64,000 bases of DNA from the NCBI RefSeq assembly GCF_009914755.1, contig NC_060925.1; one strand, 5' to 3'. Both the position numbers and the translations under genes were made by a program. How positions within the stretch are numbered: the first letter of the stretch is position 1; each line of letters opens with the position of its first letter. The stretch is from the human T2T-CHM13v2.0 reference genome, Homo sapiens. The notes beneath the pieces are model-generated. The model made no database searches, was not told the DNA's origin, and saw only the letters and a program-made list of their open reading frames with translations. Shown one piece after another: positions 16,723-32,764 of this stretch.

Positions 16723-17184
<462 letters not shown>

Positions 17185-18899
17185 CCAGAGACAGTTTTAT
17201 ACTCTTCATTTTTGGAAGAGCCCCTCTCTAAAAAGCCTCAGAATCTTTTAGTATCTTTCTGCAGGGGGAGAGGGGAAGGTATACAGAGAATCTAATGAAA
17301 TCTATAGCTGTCTTCCAGAAAATACATAGATACACGTAAATCCCCAAAGTCATAGCCATTTCCATGGACTCCAGTTTAAGAATCCCTGGCTTAGAAGTTG
17401 GGGAAAACAAGATCCAAAAATGTTGGACATATGATTACTGACTATATTATACAGCAAACAATGGTATAAGCCAGAGCCTTAGTATTCCAAAATATTTAAT
17501 ATATAATTTGGATAGGGAGTAAATTAACTCCTATTTACAATCCAGTAAATTTATGAAAAATATCATGTTAACAGGTTTGGTTAAACAAATCTGGGTTTGA
17601 GACCACTGTGCCGCTCTCCAGAACAGTAGCAGAAAAATGTAAGGAAATCCTTCCATTGTTACTGACTCGTTTCCTTTTCAGAACTGGAATATACCTTTTA
17701 ACATGCATTGCCTTATACTTAAATCTATACATTCAGCATTCTTATATAAGTCACGACTCTTTCTTTCTTTCTTTGTTTGCAATAGAAAAGTCCCTAAGAA
17801 AACAAGGATTCATGTGGTAGCCCTTGGATACTTTAATTATGTGACTAGACAATAGAGGGAACAACAAATTCATAAAAACCGTGACATTCTAAATCACAAT
17901 TGTCAAGATTGATACCAAGTTAGAGCCTCCACAAAAATCACTGATGCTTCTAAGAATTCAATGACTTCTGTTGCTCAAATCAGATCACTCTAGCCAACGT
18001 TGATATGAAGAATGTATGGGCAGCTCCCCAAAGACCTGTTGCCACTTACTCCAGTGTTTTTAGGACAGAAACAGAAAACTTTTCCTGGTGGTTTATAAAT
18101 CCTTCTAGGAGTTCTCACTGGTTTACGGACAAAGGCAGTCTTTTAAGAAAACTTTGTTTAAAAAAAATTATAACTGACAGGAGGCTGTAGTAACAATTTG
18201 AAACATGAAATACATACATGAAATACATAAAAAGAAAACTAAAGCAAAAGAAAGGAGACTCCTATTAGGAGTCTGGAGTGGCTTTATTAAGCCCATGACT
18301 TTAAAGCATGTTGAGAGGCAGACAAGTGACTTCTCTAAGCATAATGAATGGAGTTTTTCCATTAAAGAAAGGCTGTACTATTACTCTACATGTCCAGCAA
18401 AAACTAGTTTCATTTCAGAATTAATTTTTTCAATAGTAGAAATTACATTTTTTCTACTTTCCTCTTGGCTCTTTCCTTATTCCTTTCTTGGGTCTTACGC
18501 TACGTGTTTCACCAAATGGCCAGCTCCTGTTTACTCTGCTTGCTCTGATGAAAAGATCATTTGCTGCCATGCGAGTGGGAATCTCCCAGCTTTACCATTT
18601 TGTCTGCTGGGCCTCTCTCCTGTTCCTGCCACCATTACTGGGGTTGACACTAAGAAACGCTCACAGGAAACTGGTGCCAGTGGTGGCGTGGGGATGAGAA
18701 GGAAGCCAAACAAGAACTGCAGGGAACTAGAAGGCCTACACTGGGGGCGATCTTCAGAAGGCTTCTGCTGAGTAGTGAAGGTCGGGTCTTCTGCATTACA
18801 GGGTGCCAACCATTGGGCAAGTGTATGCTTCTTCACATTATCTTTTGGTTCATGTATCCATGTCCTCAACTAAATTGAAAGTTCTTTGATGGCAGAGAC

Positions 18900-19395
18900 C
18901 AGGTGGTAGATGGTTGCATCTATTCATTTGGCTTCTCCCACACACTTTCCTATTCTTCTCTTTTGGGTTCTTTGGGTAATTTCTCCCCTACCCCATATGG
19001 CATTGATGGGGCTATCAATCACAGTCCCAGACCTCCCTGGTCATAATGATTGGTCCATGGGGACTTGGGCAGAGCTAATCAAAGGCTTCCCTGCTATTGA
19101 TAAATGAGTATCGAGAGAGGCATTCATTCTCTGTTCTTTGGGGTTGCTGAGTTGGGAGATGTGAACCTGAGGCTTTTGGTGATTGTTTTGCTTGCCAACT
19201 AGAGAATGCCTGCATACAGAATGAAGACAGGAAGAGAAGAGCAGGGCCAGGAAAAAAGAGGAGGCCAAAATAGGGCCCTGACAGTTATTATTTGAGCTCT
19301 TGAATCTATCAGGCTTTGAAATTGGGTTGAGACCTAGACTTTGTTTATCTGAATCAAAATTATTTTTTAATTTAAGTTGGGTTTCTATTATCTCA
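18900..19395 (+). mobile_element. Old MLT1 (K/L-like) LTR
   Basis: Diverged match (gattggtcc...ccaatc-type core; gagagaggcattc...ttgctgagttggga...agttgggtttct). Confidence 0.5.
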
Positions 19396-19416
19396 ACCTT
19401 AAAAATTTTAAGTTAA

Positions 19417-19728
19417 TTTCTTTTTTCTTTTCTTTCCTTTTTTGGGACAGAACCTCACTCTGTCACCCAAGCTGGAGTGCAGTGGTGCAATCATAGCTCA
19501 CTGTAACCTCGACCTCCTGGGCTAAAGGGATGCTCCTGCCTCAGCCTGCCCTGTGTAGGTGGGACTATAGGCGCATCCCACTACACTCAGCTAATTTTTA
19601 AAAATTTTCTTGTAGAGATGGGGTCTTGCTATGTTGCCCAGGCTGGTCTTGAACTCCTGGCCTCAAGTGATCCTCTGCCTCCGACTCCCAAAGTGCTGAG
19701 ATTACAGGCGTGAGCCACGGTCCCCGGC
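19417..19728 (-). mobile_element. AluJ
   Basis: Full dimer with TSD taatttctt. Confidence 0.88.
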
Positions 19729-20542
19729 CACAGATAATTTCTTAAGGTTCATAATGAATCAACAGCATTGTTATAGTGCCAAGTGCACCATAGATGTTGG
19801 TTGGTGGAAACATGATTTGTTCAAAAACTGATTCCAATTGTACTTCAGCAGAGGGCAAAAATCTTCAGAAGATATGGCAAAAATGGTACAGGAAAATCTA
19901 TTCTAATGCTTTGTTAATATTCCCAGCCCAGAGATACGACACTTTTGGGTAAGGGCCGACAGGAGGGACGGGGCGGTGCAGTGAGCACAGGGGCTAAAAA
20001 GCACAGCATCCAAAGTCAGGCAGGACTAGGTCTCAATGTTGGATCTGCCACCTGGCAGCTGTTTGACTTGAGGCAAGTCACAGAGCATCTCTAAATGTCA
20101 GTTTTATAGAGAAAAGGGAAATAGTACCTATAGTTTACTGGATTGTGAGGATTAAATGTAAGGCAATTAATACAATGCTAAGAGGCACTGTGAGTATCCA
20201 ATAAATGCTTATTATAATGATTATCAGTGTCTTGGAAGGAGACATTGCTATGAATTAAACTTTATAAAATCATACAATTATTTTTAAAAATAGAGCTGAG
20301 AGGCCCTTTGAGAGCAAAAAAGTACTCATCTCTCTCTATATAACACTAAAAAAAATTTATTAGTAATTTAAATCCCCTGCATTTCCCCCACAGCCTGCCT
20401 TTGGCTGCATGCAAATTTAAGACATGAGACAAAGTTCGATTCCTCTATATAAGAAAGGGATGGATTGTAAAGTCCATTGATTGTTGTATCTGCCAGCACC
20501 AAGAATATTCCTGGGAAATGGTAGATACATTAAAAATATTTG

Positions 20543-20717
20543 GTTTTTTAAAATTAATTTTTTATCTTTTTAGATTAAAAAATTTTTTTTTTTAGAGATA
20601 GGGTCTTGCTGTGTTGCCCAGGCTGGTCTCAAACTTCTGGATTCAAGTGATCCTCCAGCCTTGGCCTCCCAAAGTGTTGAGATTACAGGTATGAGCTACC
20701 ACTGCCATGCCCCGGCC
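20543..20717 (-). mobile_element. Free left Alu monomer (FLAM-like) inside an L2 3' end
   Basis: Left arm only with a T-rich tail and TSD aaaaatatttg. The flanks resemble the L2 tail (...aaatatttgttgaatgaa). Confidence 0.75.
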
Positions 20718-20769
20718 AAAAATATTTGTTGAATGAAGCCAGGTGCAGTGGCTTCATTCAACAAATATT

Positions 20770-21000
20770 TGAATATATATATATATATATATTCAATATA
20801 TATCTCTCATATATTAAATATGTTAATATAATATTCAAATATATATATATCTAAATATACAAATATTTTTGACAGGGTTTCCTGTCACCCAGGCTAGATA
20901 ACAAATATATATATATGTGTATATATATGTGTGTGTATATATATATACACATATACACACACACGTTAACATATATATATATACATATGTACATATATAT
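20770..21000. repeat. (TA)n/(TG)n/(CA)n low-complexity tract
   Basis: Directly visible. See the finding at 20720-21012. Confidence 0.9.
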
Positions 21001-21386
21001 TTGTTGAATGAAAATAGACTTGGAATAGGGAGAAATCTTGAGTGTGACTGGAGAAAGGAAAGGGAAAAAAATACCTTTGTAAAGGGGAAAGGAAGAGAGA
21101 AAGAGAATTTGGGCAGCTGGTAGAGGAAAAGGGTATTTGCGGGGGTAAAGTATTTCAAGAAATCTTTAAGGATGTTTTGCTGGTGATATATGATACAACC
21201 CAACCTCCCCCACACCCTCCGAATCTTCAGTAAAAACCAACACTGTTATTCAAAGCCTTTGGAATCATACTTAGGGGATTTTAGCATGTGACAATGCAGG
21301 CAACTGACCTCCAGGGCAGACATGGGGCCCAGGAAGCCTGATTACATCTGTATTGTATCCAGAGGAACAAACAGGGCCCAGAAAGG

Positions 21387-21436
21387 TTGCCACTAAAAGT
21401 ATGGCAAAAACCACAATTACTTTTGCACCAACCTAA
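21387..21436. mobile_element. Partial MADE1 (Hsmar1-derived MITE)
   Basis: ttgccactaaaagtatggcaaaaaccacaattacttttgcaccaacctaa plus TA: the spacer and one complete Hsmar1 TIR. Confidence 0.88.
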
Positions 21437-22999
21437 TACTAACTACTCTCTAGGGCTGCTGTGAGGATTTAGTGAATTAATACATGTAAAAGACTCAGCA
21501 TTGTGCACTCACTACTATTATTACTGTTAACTTTAGATACTTGCGGTTAGTATCCAAAACATATCAAAAAGTGACTACTTGGTTTTAAGTACATCAAATT
21601 ATGCCTTCTAAAAAATATTGTAATATTTTAACAGTTTTTTCCATAAATTTGCTTTTTCAAATTACCTATAATGTGATGGGTGTTTCCTTATGAATAGTAA
21701 TTGAAAATATGTTTGGCTAGATTTTATTTCTATGTCTCAGGATGTCCTTGGAGGGAAGGCAGGGGTCTTAACATATCAAAAGTAATTTCCTGGCTTTAGA
21801 GTTTAAAGGAAATAAACAAAGACCTACTTATTTGATTGGCCAAATGCTCGCTCGACAGGGTTAAAATCTAATTAAAGTATCTTTTAGATGTTCCGTGGTT
21901 GGACTAGCAGCTGTAGGTCAGAAGTTCAGAACAAAAAGTGAAATCCTAGGATTAACTGTCATACTCTTGTATCAAATATTTTTCTGTTGATTCAACTTCC
22001 CATGGTAATTTTTTCTGGATGAGGCTTTGCCACCACTTGTGTCTGCCACCTTCTGAGTTGGCACCGATAATGTAGTACGGAGTAGAAAAGCAACTTATCT
22101 GATGGAAGAGCTTTTCAGGACTGTCTCTGTGTCTCATGAGAGACACGGGTACCTGCAGATTCTGTGGATTTTGTTGTGTGGAGCATGAAAGGGAAGAGTC
22201 ATGGAATCACAAGAATGACAGGCTAAGCCCTGGCTCTGCCACTAGCCAGCTGTGCAACCCTAAGCAGATACTCAAGCTTTCTCAGTTTTATTTTCTCCAG
22301 AAAAGGTGGTAATGATAATACTTAACTCATTAGGTCCACCCCTAACATTTCCAGGACCCCTGGCAAGAGTGTACACAAAAACCTCTGCCACAGCCCCCCT
22401 CCCTTCTCTTTCCATCTGGCTCCATCCTGCCCTCCACACCTCAGCTTGCAGGTCCTAACTCCTGCCACACCATTCCCCACTGAAAACCACCCATGCCATC
22501 TCTCAGCCCAGGGGCACAGTTCACTTGCATTCCATGGGGCAAGGGGCCCAGGCAAATCCTAGAAGCAGGCTCGGGCCACTGAGGCAGGGAATTTTGGGGC
22601 CTGGGCAGCCAGAGTTTGGTCTAGAAAAGTGTGGCCCTTCCAACCCCATAGGGAGGAAAGTGGCAAATATGTGTCTTTAAAGTGTGGGCCTCAGTTGCTT
22701 GGGTCTGAGAATTAAATGAGTCAGTGCACACACAGCACTTCTGACATCGAGCGGGGAGTGTGCCCTTGGAGAAAGGGATCCTTCAATAGGAGTCAGTCAG
22801 TGCCCTTAAGTCTCCTGTAAAGGTCTTGTCAAATTGATGTTGGAACACCTCAAATATTTACCAAACAATGAGGAGCACAGTCCTTAGGTGGATAAAGATT
22901 ATGGTGACATTTCAAACTCGATAACAGTGTATTGAAAGGCCCAACATAGACTATTTCAAGTCAGAGAAACCTCTTCAGGTTCAGATTTGCAGACTGATC

Positions 23000-23309
<310 letters not shown>

Positions 23310-24218
23310 CACTTTTTTTTTTTCATGAGTTAAGCATGAAATAAAAGTAATTTTTAAGTGTCCTTTCTTGTTCTCATTTAAAAACCTAGTTTGTTTCATT
23401 TATCTATAATCAATACATTCTTTGGCTTTTTAGCATCTGAAAATTTCTTACATGATATATATTTCTAGAGCTTTTAATTATGGAAATGCTGAAACGTATA
23501 TGAAATAGAGGGAATATAATGGGCTTATTTGTGAATCTCCATGTACCCACTGCCCAGTTAGCTTCCACACGCATGGCTAATCCTGTTTTATCTATAAACT
23601 CTCCTTCCTGCCCCACTCTGGCAATGGATTTTCAATCAAATCTCAGGCCTCTTATCATTTCATCCACAAATACTTTGTTTTTTATAAGATTTTGATGAAA
23701 ACATTTTAAGCTTTTTCCATCTGGCTGCTTTAGACTCCGCTTGTTCAACTGGGCTGTCAATGGACCAAACCACGAGTCTTTTTAGATGCCTTGCATGGTT
23801 TTAGGTCCAGATAATTCAGGGCAAATCGGTTTGAAAATTGAACCTCTTTTAATTTGTCTGCCAGACTGGAACTGAATAAGGGAACATTTTGGATACTTTT
23901 TATTCCTTGCTGAATTTCTGCCAACTCTGTATATGGTATTTCCATAAAAGTCTTGTTTTTCTCCCTTTTCTTTGAAGAATGAAACTTCTTTTCCCTTTTT
24001 CTGAGAGGCGGGAAGAGACTGTCCCCAGAGTCCATTCCTCCTGCGGCTGCTTGGCTTTCCTTGGGCTGTATTCCCTTCCTACTCTGAGTGTGTACGTTCT
24101 GGGGGTTGGCAGTCCAGTGGGGACCCAGACATGGGGATGGTGGGCCTTCTTGATGTCATACAAAGATTACTGCACTTCAGTCACTGGAGCTCAACTGAAA
24201 ACTTAAAAAAGTTCTCTT

Positions 24219-24521
24219 GGGCTGGGTGCGGTGGCTCACGCCTGTCATCCCAGCACTTTGGGAGGCCGAGGTGGGTGGATCATGAAGTCAGGAGTTCGAG
24301 ACCAGCGTGGCCAAGATGGTGAAATCCCGTCTCTACTAAAAATACAAAAATTAGCCGGGCGCAGTGGCGGGTACCTGTAATCCCAGCTACTCAGGAGGCT
24401 GAGGCAGGAGATTCACTTGAACCCAGGAGGAGGAAGAGGTTGCAGTGAGCTGAGATCGTGCCACTGCACTCCGGCCTGGGTGACAGAGCAAGACTCCATC
24501 TCAAAAAAAAAAAAAAAAAAA
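24219..24521 (+). mobile_element. AluS
   Basis: Full dimer with TSD aaaaaagttctctt. Confidence 0.92.
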
Positions 24522-24763
24522 GTTCTCTTTACAGTCATTGAATTTTAAATCATTATCCTAAAAAGATTGAGAGAGGAAAAAAATGATTTCAAATTGGACA
24601 GAATTTTTTTTTTTACATCTCCTTGCCAGAAACATTGTTCTCATTTTCAGTTGAATGGCTTGGGTATTAATTAAAGCTTCATGCTCAGCCACTATCTCCT
24701 TTTCTACATTCTTGCTGCTAATCGTCATATATGTAACACATGACTTCTGTTTAAATGCTCAAG

Positions 24764-24769
24764 TTTATT
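24764..24769 (-). terminator. Distal polyadenylation signal candidate (end of a long ALG14 3'UTR, cleavage near 24745-24750)
   Basis: AATAAA on the minus strand, followed downstream by UG-rich sequence (tcatgtgttacatatatg). It fits my unverified recollection that ALG14 has an ~8-9 kb 3'UTR isoform. Confidence 0.55.
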
Positions 24770-25059
24770 AGAGTGGAAAAAAATCTCAGTTATACAGGAA
24801 AGGAAAAGAGATTAGGAATCAAGTCCAACCATGTGCTTATTCATCTGCATATGGTTAAAGATTTAAAAGAATCCATTGGTTTCTTTTTCACTGCTGCATG
24901 CAGGCCAAGGAGAAAGGAGGAAAAAAAATCATTTTCCTATCCATGGTGTAGAAATACATCTTCTGCCTTTTGCCTGGCAGGCAAAAAATTTCTTCCTCTT
25001 TTAATATTAAGCGAAAGTACCCAAGCTTTGGAGAAACTGTCTCCTTCTGAAAGGTTATT

Positions 25060-25350
25060 TTTCTAATTACCTATTGCTTTGTGACAAATTATTCCAAAAC
25101 TTCGTGGTGGAAAACTACTACCATTTAATCATGCCTATGAACTCTGTGGATCAGCAAATCACAGGGCACAGAAGGGAGAGCTTTTCTCTCTTCCAAGGTG
25201 TCTGAGCCTCAGCTGGGAAGACCAGAAAGCCTGGAGTGACTCAAATGGCAGGGCTGGAATAATCTGGAGACTTCTCCTCTTGCATGTCTAGTGCCTCCAG
25301 TGAGATGACTCAAAGTCTATACTAAGATGTGACTGTCAATTGGAATGTCT
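25060..25350 (-). mobile_element. MLT1-type LTR fragment
   Basis: ctattgctttgtgacaaattattccaaaacttcgtgg...cctcagctgggaagacc...ggggctggaataatctggag. Confidence 0.65.
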
Positions 25351-25354
25351 ACAG

Positions 25355-26030
25355 ATACCATAAAATTCACCCAGTATACAATTCAGTGGCTTTTAGTATA
25401 TTCACAGAGATGTACAACCATCACCACTGTCGAATTCCAGAACATTTTCATCACCTCCAAAAGAAGCCTCATACCCATTAGGAGTTGCCCTCCATTTCCC
25501 CTTCTCACTGCCCCTGGAAACCACTAAGCTACTTTCTGTCTATGGACTTGCCTACTCTGGACATTTCATATGAATAGAATCATGCATTTGTTGTCTTTTG
25601 TGGCTGGCTTCTGTAACTTAGCCTACTGTTTACAAGGTTCATCCACACTGTAGCATGTATTAGTACTTCATTCCTTTGTGTGATCGAGTAATATTCCACT
25701 ATATGGATATACCACATTTTGTTTATCTGTTCATTAGTAGAGCATTTGGGTTGTTTCTACTTTCGGGTTATTATGAATAACGCTGCTGCGAACATATAAG
25801 TTTTTGTGTAAATACATGTTTTTAATTCTCCAGGGTATACACCTATGGGTAGAATTTCTGGGTCATATGATAACCCTATGTTTGATTTTTGTGAAACTGC
25901 TGAACTGTTTTCCACAGCTGCTGCACCATTCTACATTCCTACCAGCAATGTAGGAGGGCTCCAATTTCTCCAAATCCTTGGCAGCATGTATTTTCTGGGT
26001 TTTCTTGGACTATAGCCACCCTAGGGGGTT
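25355..26030 (-). mobile_element. L1MA/L1MB 3' end fragment
   Basis: cataaaattcaccc...tacaattcagtggcttttagtatattcacaga...ctggacatttcatatgaatagaatcat...ggttcatcca...cattcctaccagcaatgt. Confidence 0.85.
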
Positions 26031-26058
26031 GCTGCCCTTAGTTTAAAAAGAGCCTCCT

Positions 26059-26412
<354 letters not shown>

Positions 26413-26713
26413 CTACCACTGATGGAGACAAATGTGACTGAGGGCTTGAGGGCTTACTATTTAGCAGGCTCTGTGCTAAACACTGTACATACATCATCTG
26501 AATGTTTAGTGCTCCCTACAACTCTAACGCAGGTACATTATGCTTATTTTACAGAAAGGTCAAGTAACTTGCCAGAAAAGGGATAGAGTTTGGGAGATGT
26601 GGATTTCCCATATTAAAAAAAAATTAGAGAACTTGGATACTAAGGTAGGAGTTTGGTGGCCCAAGTGAAAGGTTATTATTATTATTTTTTCAAAACAAAA
26701 CAAAAAACATCTA

Positions 26714-27508
<795 letters not shown>

Positions 27509-27515
27509 CAGATCA

Positions 27516-27670
<155 letters not shown>

Positions 27671-27705
27671 GAGATGAATTCGCTGATGTGACATTATGTA
27701 AAGCA

Positions 27706-28350
<645 letters not shown>

Positions 28351-28399
28351 GTCTAGATAAAATATAACTGAAGTGAGCCTAGACAAGTCTGAAGCTATA

Positions 28400-28700
28400 A
28401 TTTTTTTCTTTTTTTTTTTTTGAGGTGGAGTCTCGCTCTGTCCCCCAGGCTGGAGTGCAGTGGTGCCATCTCAGTTCACTGCAACCTCCACCTCCCTGGT
28501 TCAAGCAATTATTTGCCTCAGCCTCCCAAGTAGCTGGAATTACAGGCGCCCGCCACCACGCCGGCAAATTTTTTGTATTTTTAGTAGAGATGGGGTTTCA
28601 CCATCTTGGCCAGGCTGGTCTTGAACTCCTGACCTTGTGATACACCCACCTTGGCCTCCCAAAGTGCTGGGATTACAGGCGTGAGCCACCATGCCTGGCC
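28400..28700 (-). mobile_element. AluS
   Basis: Full dimer. Confidence 0.92.
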
Positions 28701-29342
28701 AAATAATTTATGTATTTAATTAGTGCCTATGTTTTGTACAGAGCTGTGGTGTAAATACTATCAAAAGTGGAACAAGGATACAAAACTAGAATGAGGTACA
28801 GTCCCTGAAGACAAACATAAATAATCAGCAATAGCATTCATTATTCCTTCCACAGGTGTTTCTAAGAACAAGGACTGCAATTCGATGGTATATAACTCAG
28901 CACTAACCTTTGGTATGGGTGGCTATGTCACAGAGTTATTTAGAGAATTTGCTCAAGCTAAATGAAGACAAAGACTTTGTGGGTGGGGCAAAATCTAAGT
29001 TGGGAGTGAAGTAGAAGGAGGACAAATATTTAAGGCATTATCCTTTGGAACTCAGGTAAAATACCACTTTCTTAGAAAGGCCTTTCCTGATTTCCCTATC
29101 TAGAACACCAACTACCTTCTACTCCGTCATAGTACCCTGTTACCCCATTTATTTCCTTTTGAGGACATTTTTTCTTTTTTCTTTAAAAAAAAAAAAAAAC
29201 ACCTAACGTAGCTATTAAGGTAAGCCTGGCTGGAGCTAGAATGCCTTGGTTCAAATCTGAGCTTTGTCACTTTCTAGTTCTATAATCTTTAATAAATTAC
29301 TTAACCTCTCTGTGGTGTAAATATTATAAAAAGTGGAACAAG

Positions 29343-29660
29343 GGCCGGACGTGTGGCTTACACCTGTAATTCCAGCACTTTGGGAGGCCAAGATGGGTGG
29401 ATCACCTGAGGTTGGGAGTTCAAGATCAGCCTGGCCAACATGGTAAAACCCTGTCTCTACTAAAAATACAAAAATTAGCCAGGTGTGGTGGTGCATGCCT
29501 GTAATCCCAGCTACTCGGGAGGCTGAGGCACAAGAATCGCTTGAAGCCAGGAGGCAGAGGTTACAGTGAGCCAGTAAGGTGAGATTGCACCACTGCACTC
29601 CAGCCTGGGCGATGGAGCGAGACTGTCTCGAAAAAAAAAAAAAAAAAAAAAAAAGAAAGA
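29343..29660 (+). mobile_element. AluS
   Basis: Full dimer with TSD aaaaagtg(g/a)aacaag. Confidence 0.92.
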
Positions 29661-32177
29661 AAAAAGTGAAACAAGTATACAGAACTAGCATGAGGGGAAG
29701 TCTCTGAAGACAAACATAAGTAATTAACAAAATCATTCATTTGTTCCTTCCACAGGTGTTTCCTCAGTTCCTCAATAAAACTTGCTCATCAAGCAAGAAA
29801 TTTTTGTTGAAGAGCTGGCTTAGGTTGTAACTATGGGACTGAAAAGGAAAGGGTAGATATGAACTAAGTCAAAGGCAGAATCAATAGGTGATGACAAAGG
29901 AGAGGAACAGTAAAAGTAATTTCAAGGAGAGAAGAGGAAGACGAGAAAATTCTGGGGATAATGAAACAAAAAAGGCAACCAATTATAATTGGGTAAAGAA
30001 AGAGTGAAAAAGCAAAAATGATCCCAAAGTTTGTTGCTTGAGGGACATGATAGAAGCTAGTGGGCTAGCATTAGTTAACTACTCCAGTGCGAAAAGGAGG
30101 AGCTATGTCAAATTCATGTTTAAAATGAGTGGGCAGCAGGAACACAGTTGTAGATGATTTGTTTTTAGAGTGCTAGAGGGATGGGCCCTAACAAAAGAAT
30201 GTTGAAGGCGGACAAGATTTGGGTGTCTGCTCATTGTGCGCCAGGGCTGAAGTCATGGGAAGAAACCCCGTGAGGCTCAAACGCTGACCTGTAGGGAGAA
30301 GGACAATTTTCTTTAACACTTACAATGATGTTCTTATTGTTGGTAAAAGGTGCTTAATACATTGCTATCAAATGCCTTTTGGGGGATGGGGCTTTTCAGA
30401 AAAAAAAAAAAGCACTCATTCAACCCAAGGAACTGTATAGTAAAGGGGTACGTTTCTCAATTTTAACTTACCATGTATCTTTGAAAGGTAGAATGATGTG
30501 TTCCAAGTTGCTTTTATAAGGGGAAGCTTGGGTCATCTCCTTCCTAGCAAGGACATCTTGCTATTCAACTCACAATTGTCACCACTCCTCTTGTTGACAC
30601 GGTTTCATAGCACTCTTCGTTCCAGGCTAAAGTTTCCTGTCATGATTTTTGGGCATCCTTTTTGAAACAGTTAGACATTCTGACCTGGCAAGCTACTGAG
30701 ACCTTTTAGGATAGCTGGACTGTAGATAGAAATCTTCCAGGGAAGTAGGTGTGGGCAGGATGTGTGGTTTCCCTGCCTCTCATTTGAAGACTGATTCAAT
30801 TAATTTTTTCATGAACAGTCTCCTACAGTAAAAGTTGCATTCAGAGTGTTCTAAGAGAAACTGGAAGGGACAAGCTAGCTACTCATCTTCTTCAGTTTGA
30901 GTTGGGACTGGCGCACTATCTTTCTGAATGTCACAGAAATGCACAGCAGGGAAATTGTGCCACCAGCCCCCTCTGCTAATGGGACCTTGAGGACTCAAAT
31001 TAGCCATAACAGTAACACACAGCAGAGCATGCACTTGTTTACCAGAGTAATCTGAATGATCAGGAAGATGCAATAACACATGTCTCAGCCTGGCTCTGAA
31101 TGAGTACACAGCAGCCTGAACCTATGAAAGATATAACATTTCTAAACTTTTGGTGATATAACACATACACATTCTTTCTCTGACATTCCAGGCTAACCAC
31201 TGTCTTAAGTTAAGGCTCTGCAAAACATCTGGGACATATGTTTCTGGAAAAAATTATAGCATCTTTTCTACAATTCTCTCTGGTCTGATCTTTGTTAAGC
31301 TCTGACCTGACAGAAGCCTCTGCAGCAGGATTACCTGTGGGGGCCCAGGGAAGCTGCCCCACAGCACAGAGAGGCATTCACTAAACGCAGTTCACTTTCC
31401 CTTACCATTCATTTACCTAGTGCCACTCAGGGAACAAAGTACAGAGCAGAGAAAGCCTTAAACAGCAATAAAATGCAGATGCTGTTGTCCCTGAAAAAAT
31501 CACTTTCTTTCTAGAACAGTCAAGGCTTATTTCACCTCAGCCCCTGGTTGTATGATACTAATACGCTCTGATACTCCAGGGAAGCAACCAGTGACTGAGA
31601 TTTGAGGATTAAAATCAAAGCACAATGAACTATCATTTGGCTGCCCCAGGCCCACTAAATCCAGACAGCAAAGTGTTCTCACCATTCTGAGACACCTTCG
31701 GCTACACATTTCTCCAGCCAAAAACCTAGGAAGATGTCCGGCTGACAGATGCGCCTGTTACATGATTCAGAGAAGACAGTTTTTTTGTTTTTTTTGCTTT
31801 TTTTTTTAAAAAAAAAAAAAAAGAAAAAAGGCTGGATCAGCCTCAGGATTTTAATCTTACATGATCGTGGATAATCATGTCTCTTTTCACAAAAATTCAA
31901 TCACTTCACTAATCACTATTTATTAGATTTATATCATACTTATAAAGCAAAAGATTTAAGAGGAAAAAACCTATATATACTACAGGAGAGAATCTTCTCT
32001 TTTCTGTTTTTTATTTTGTTTTGTTTTTTTTTTTTTTGGCTGCTTTGTTAAAGAAGCAGAGGTTAGAGGGAAGGAAATGGAATTCCTGTTTTTGAGGAGC
32101 TCCTGGGCCAGGCACTGCACTAACTATTGTACTTCTATTCCAGTAGACATGGCACCACTAGAAACACAGTCTCAAGC

Positions 32178-32341
32178 AGGACCAGCGAAAGAATTCAGAG
32201 GGTCTAAAATATAAGTTCATTGTTTAAAAAAATATTCAGAAGTTCAAGAGAGTCACAGCAGAACATTAAACCAAGTGGAGGCCCTCTTCAGTGCAGAACT
32301 CTGTGTGACTGCACAGGCCACACACCCGTGAAACTGGCCCC
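32178..32341 (-). mobile_element. MER45A-like hAT-Tip100 element
   Basis: acagcagaacattaaaccaag...ctgtgtgactgcacaggccacacacccgtgaaactggccc matches the recalled MER45A end. Confidence 0.7.
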
Positions 32342-32422
32342 ACTAAGAAGTCAGGTTTACCTGAACTTGAATTCTGGCTTTGCTACTTACTACTCATGTG
32401 ATCTTGGACAAGTCATCTGTAA

Positions 32423-32764
<342 letters not shown>

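Noticed and set aside
18205-18771. Longest ORF in the window (188 aa)
   Set aside because: No recognisable protein family, atypical composition and no supporting gene structure. It is compatible with a chance ORF, though Ribo-seq or PhyloCSF could overturn this.
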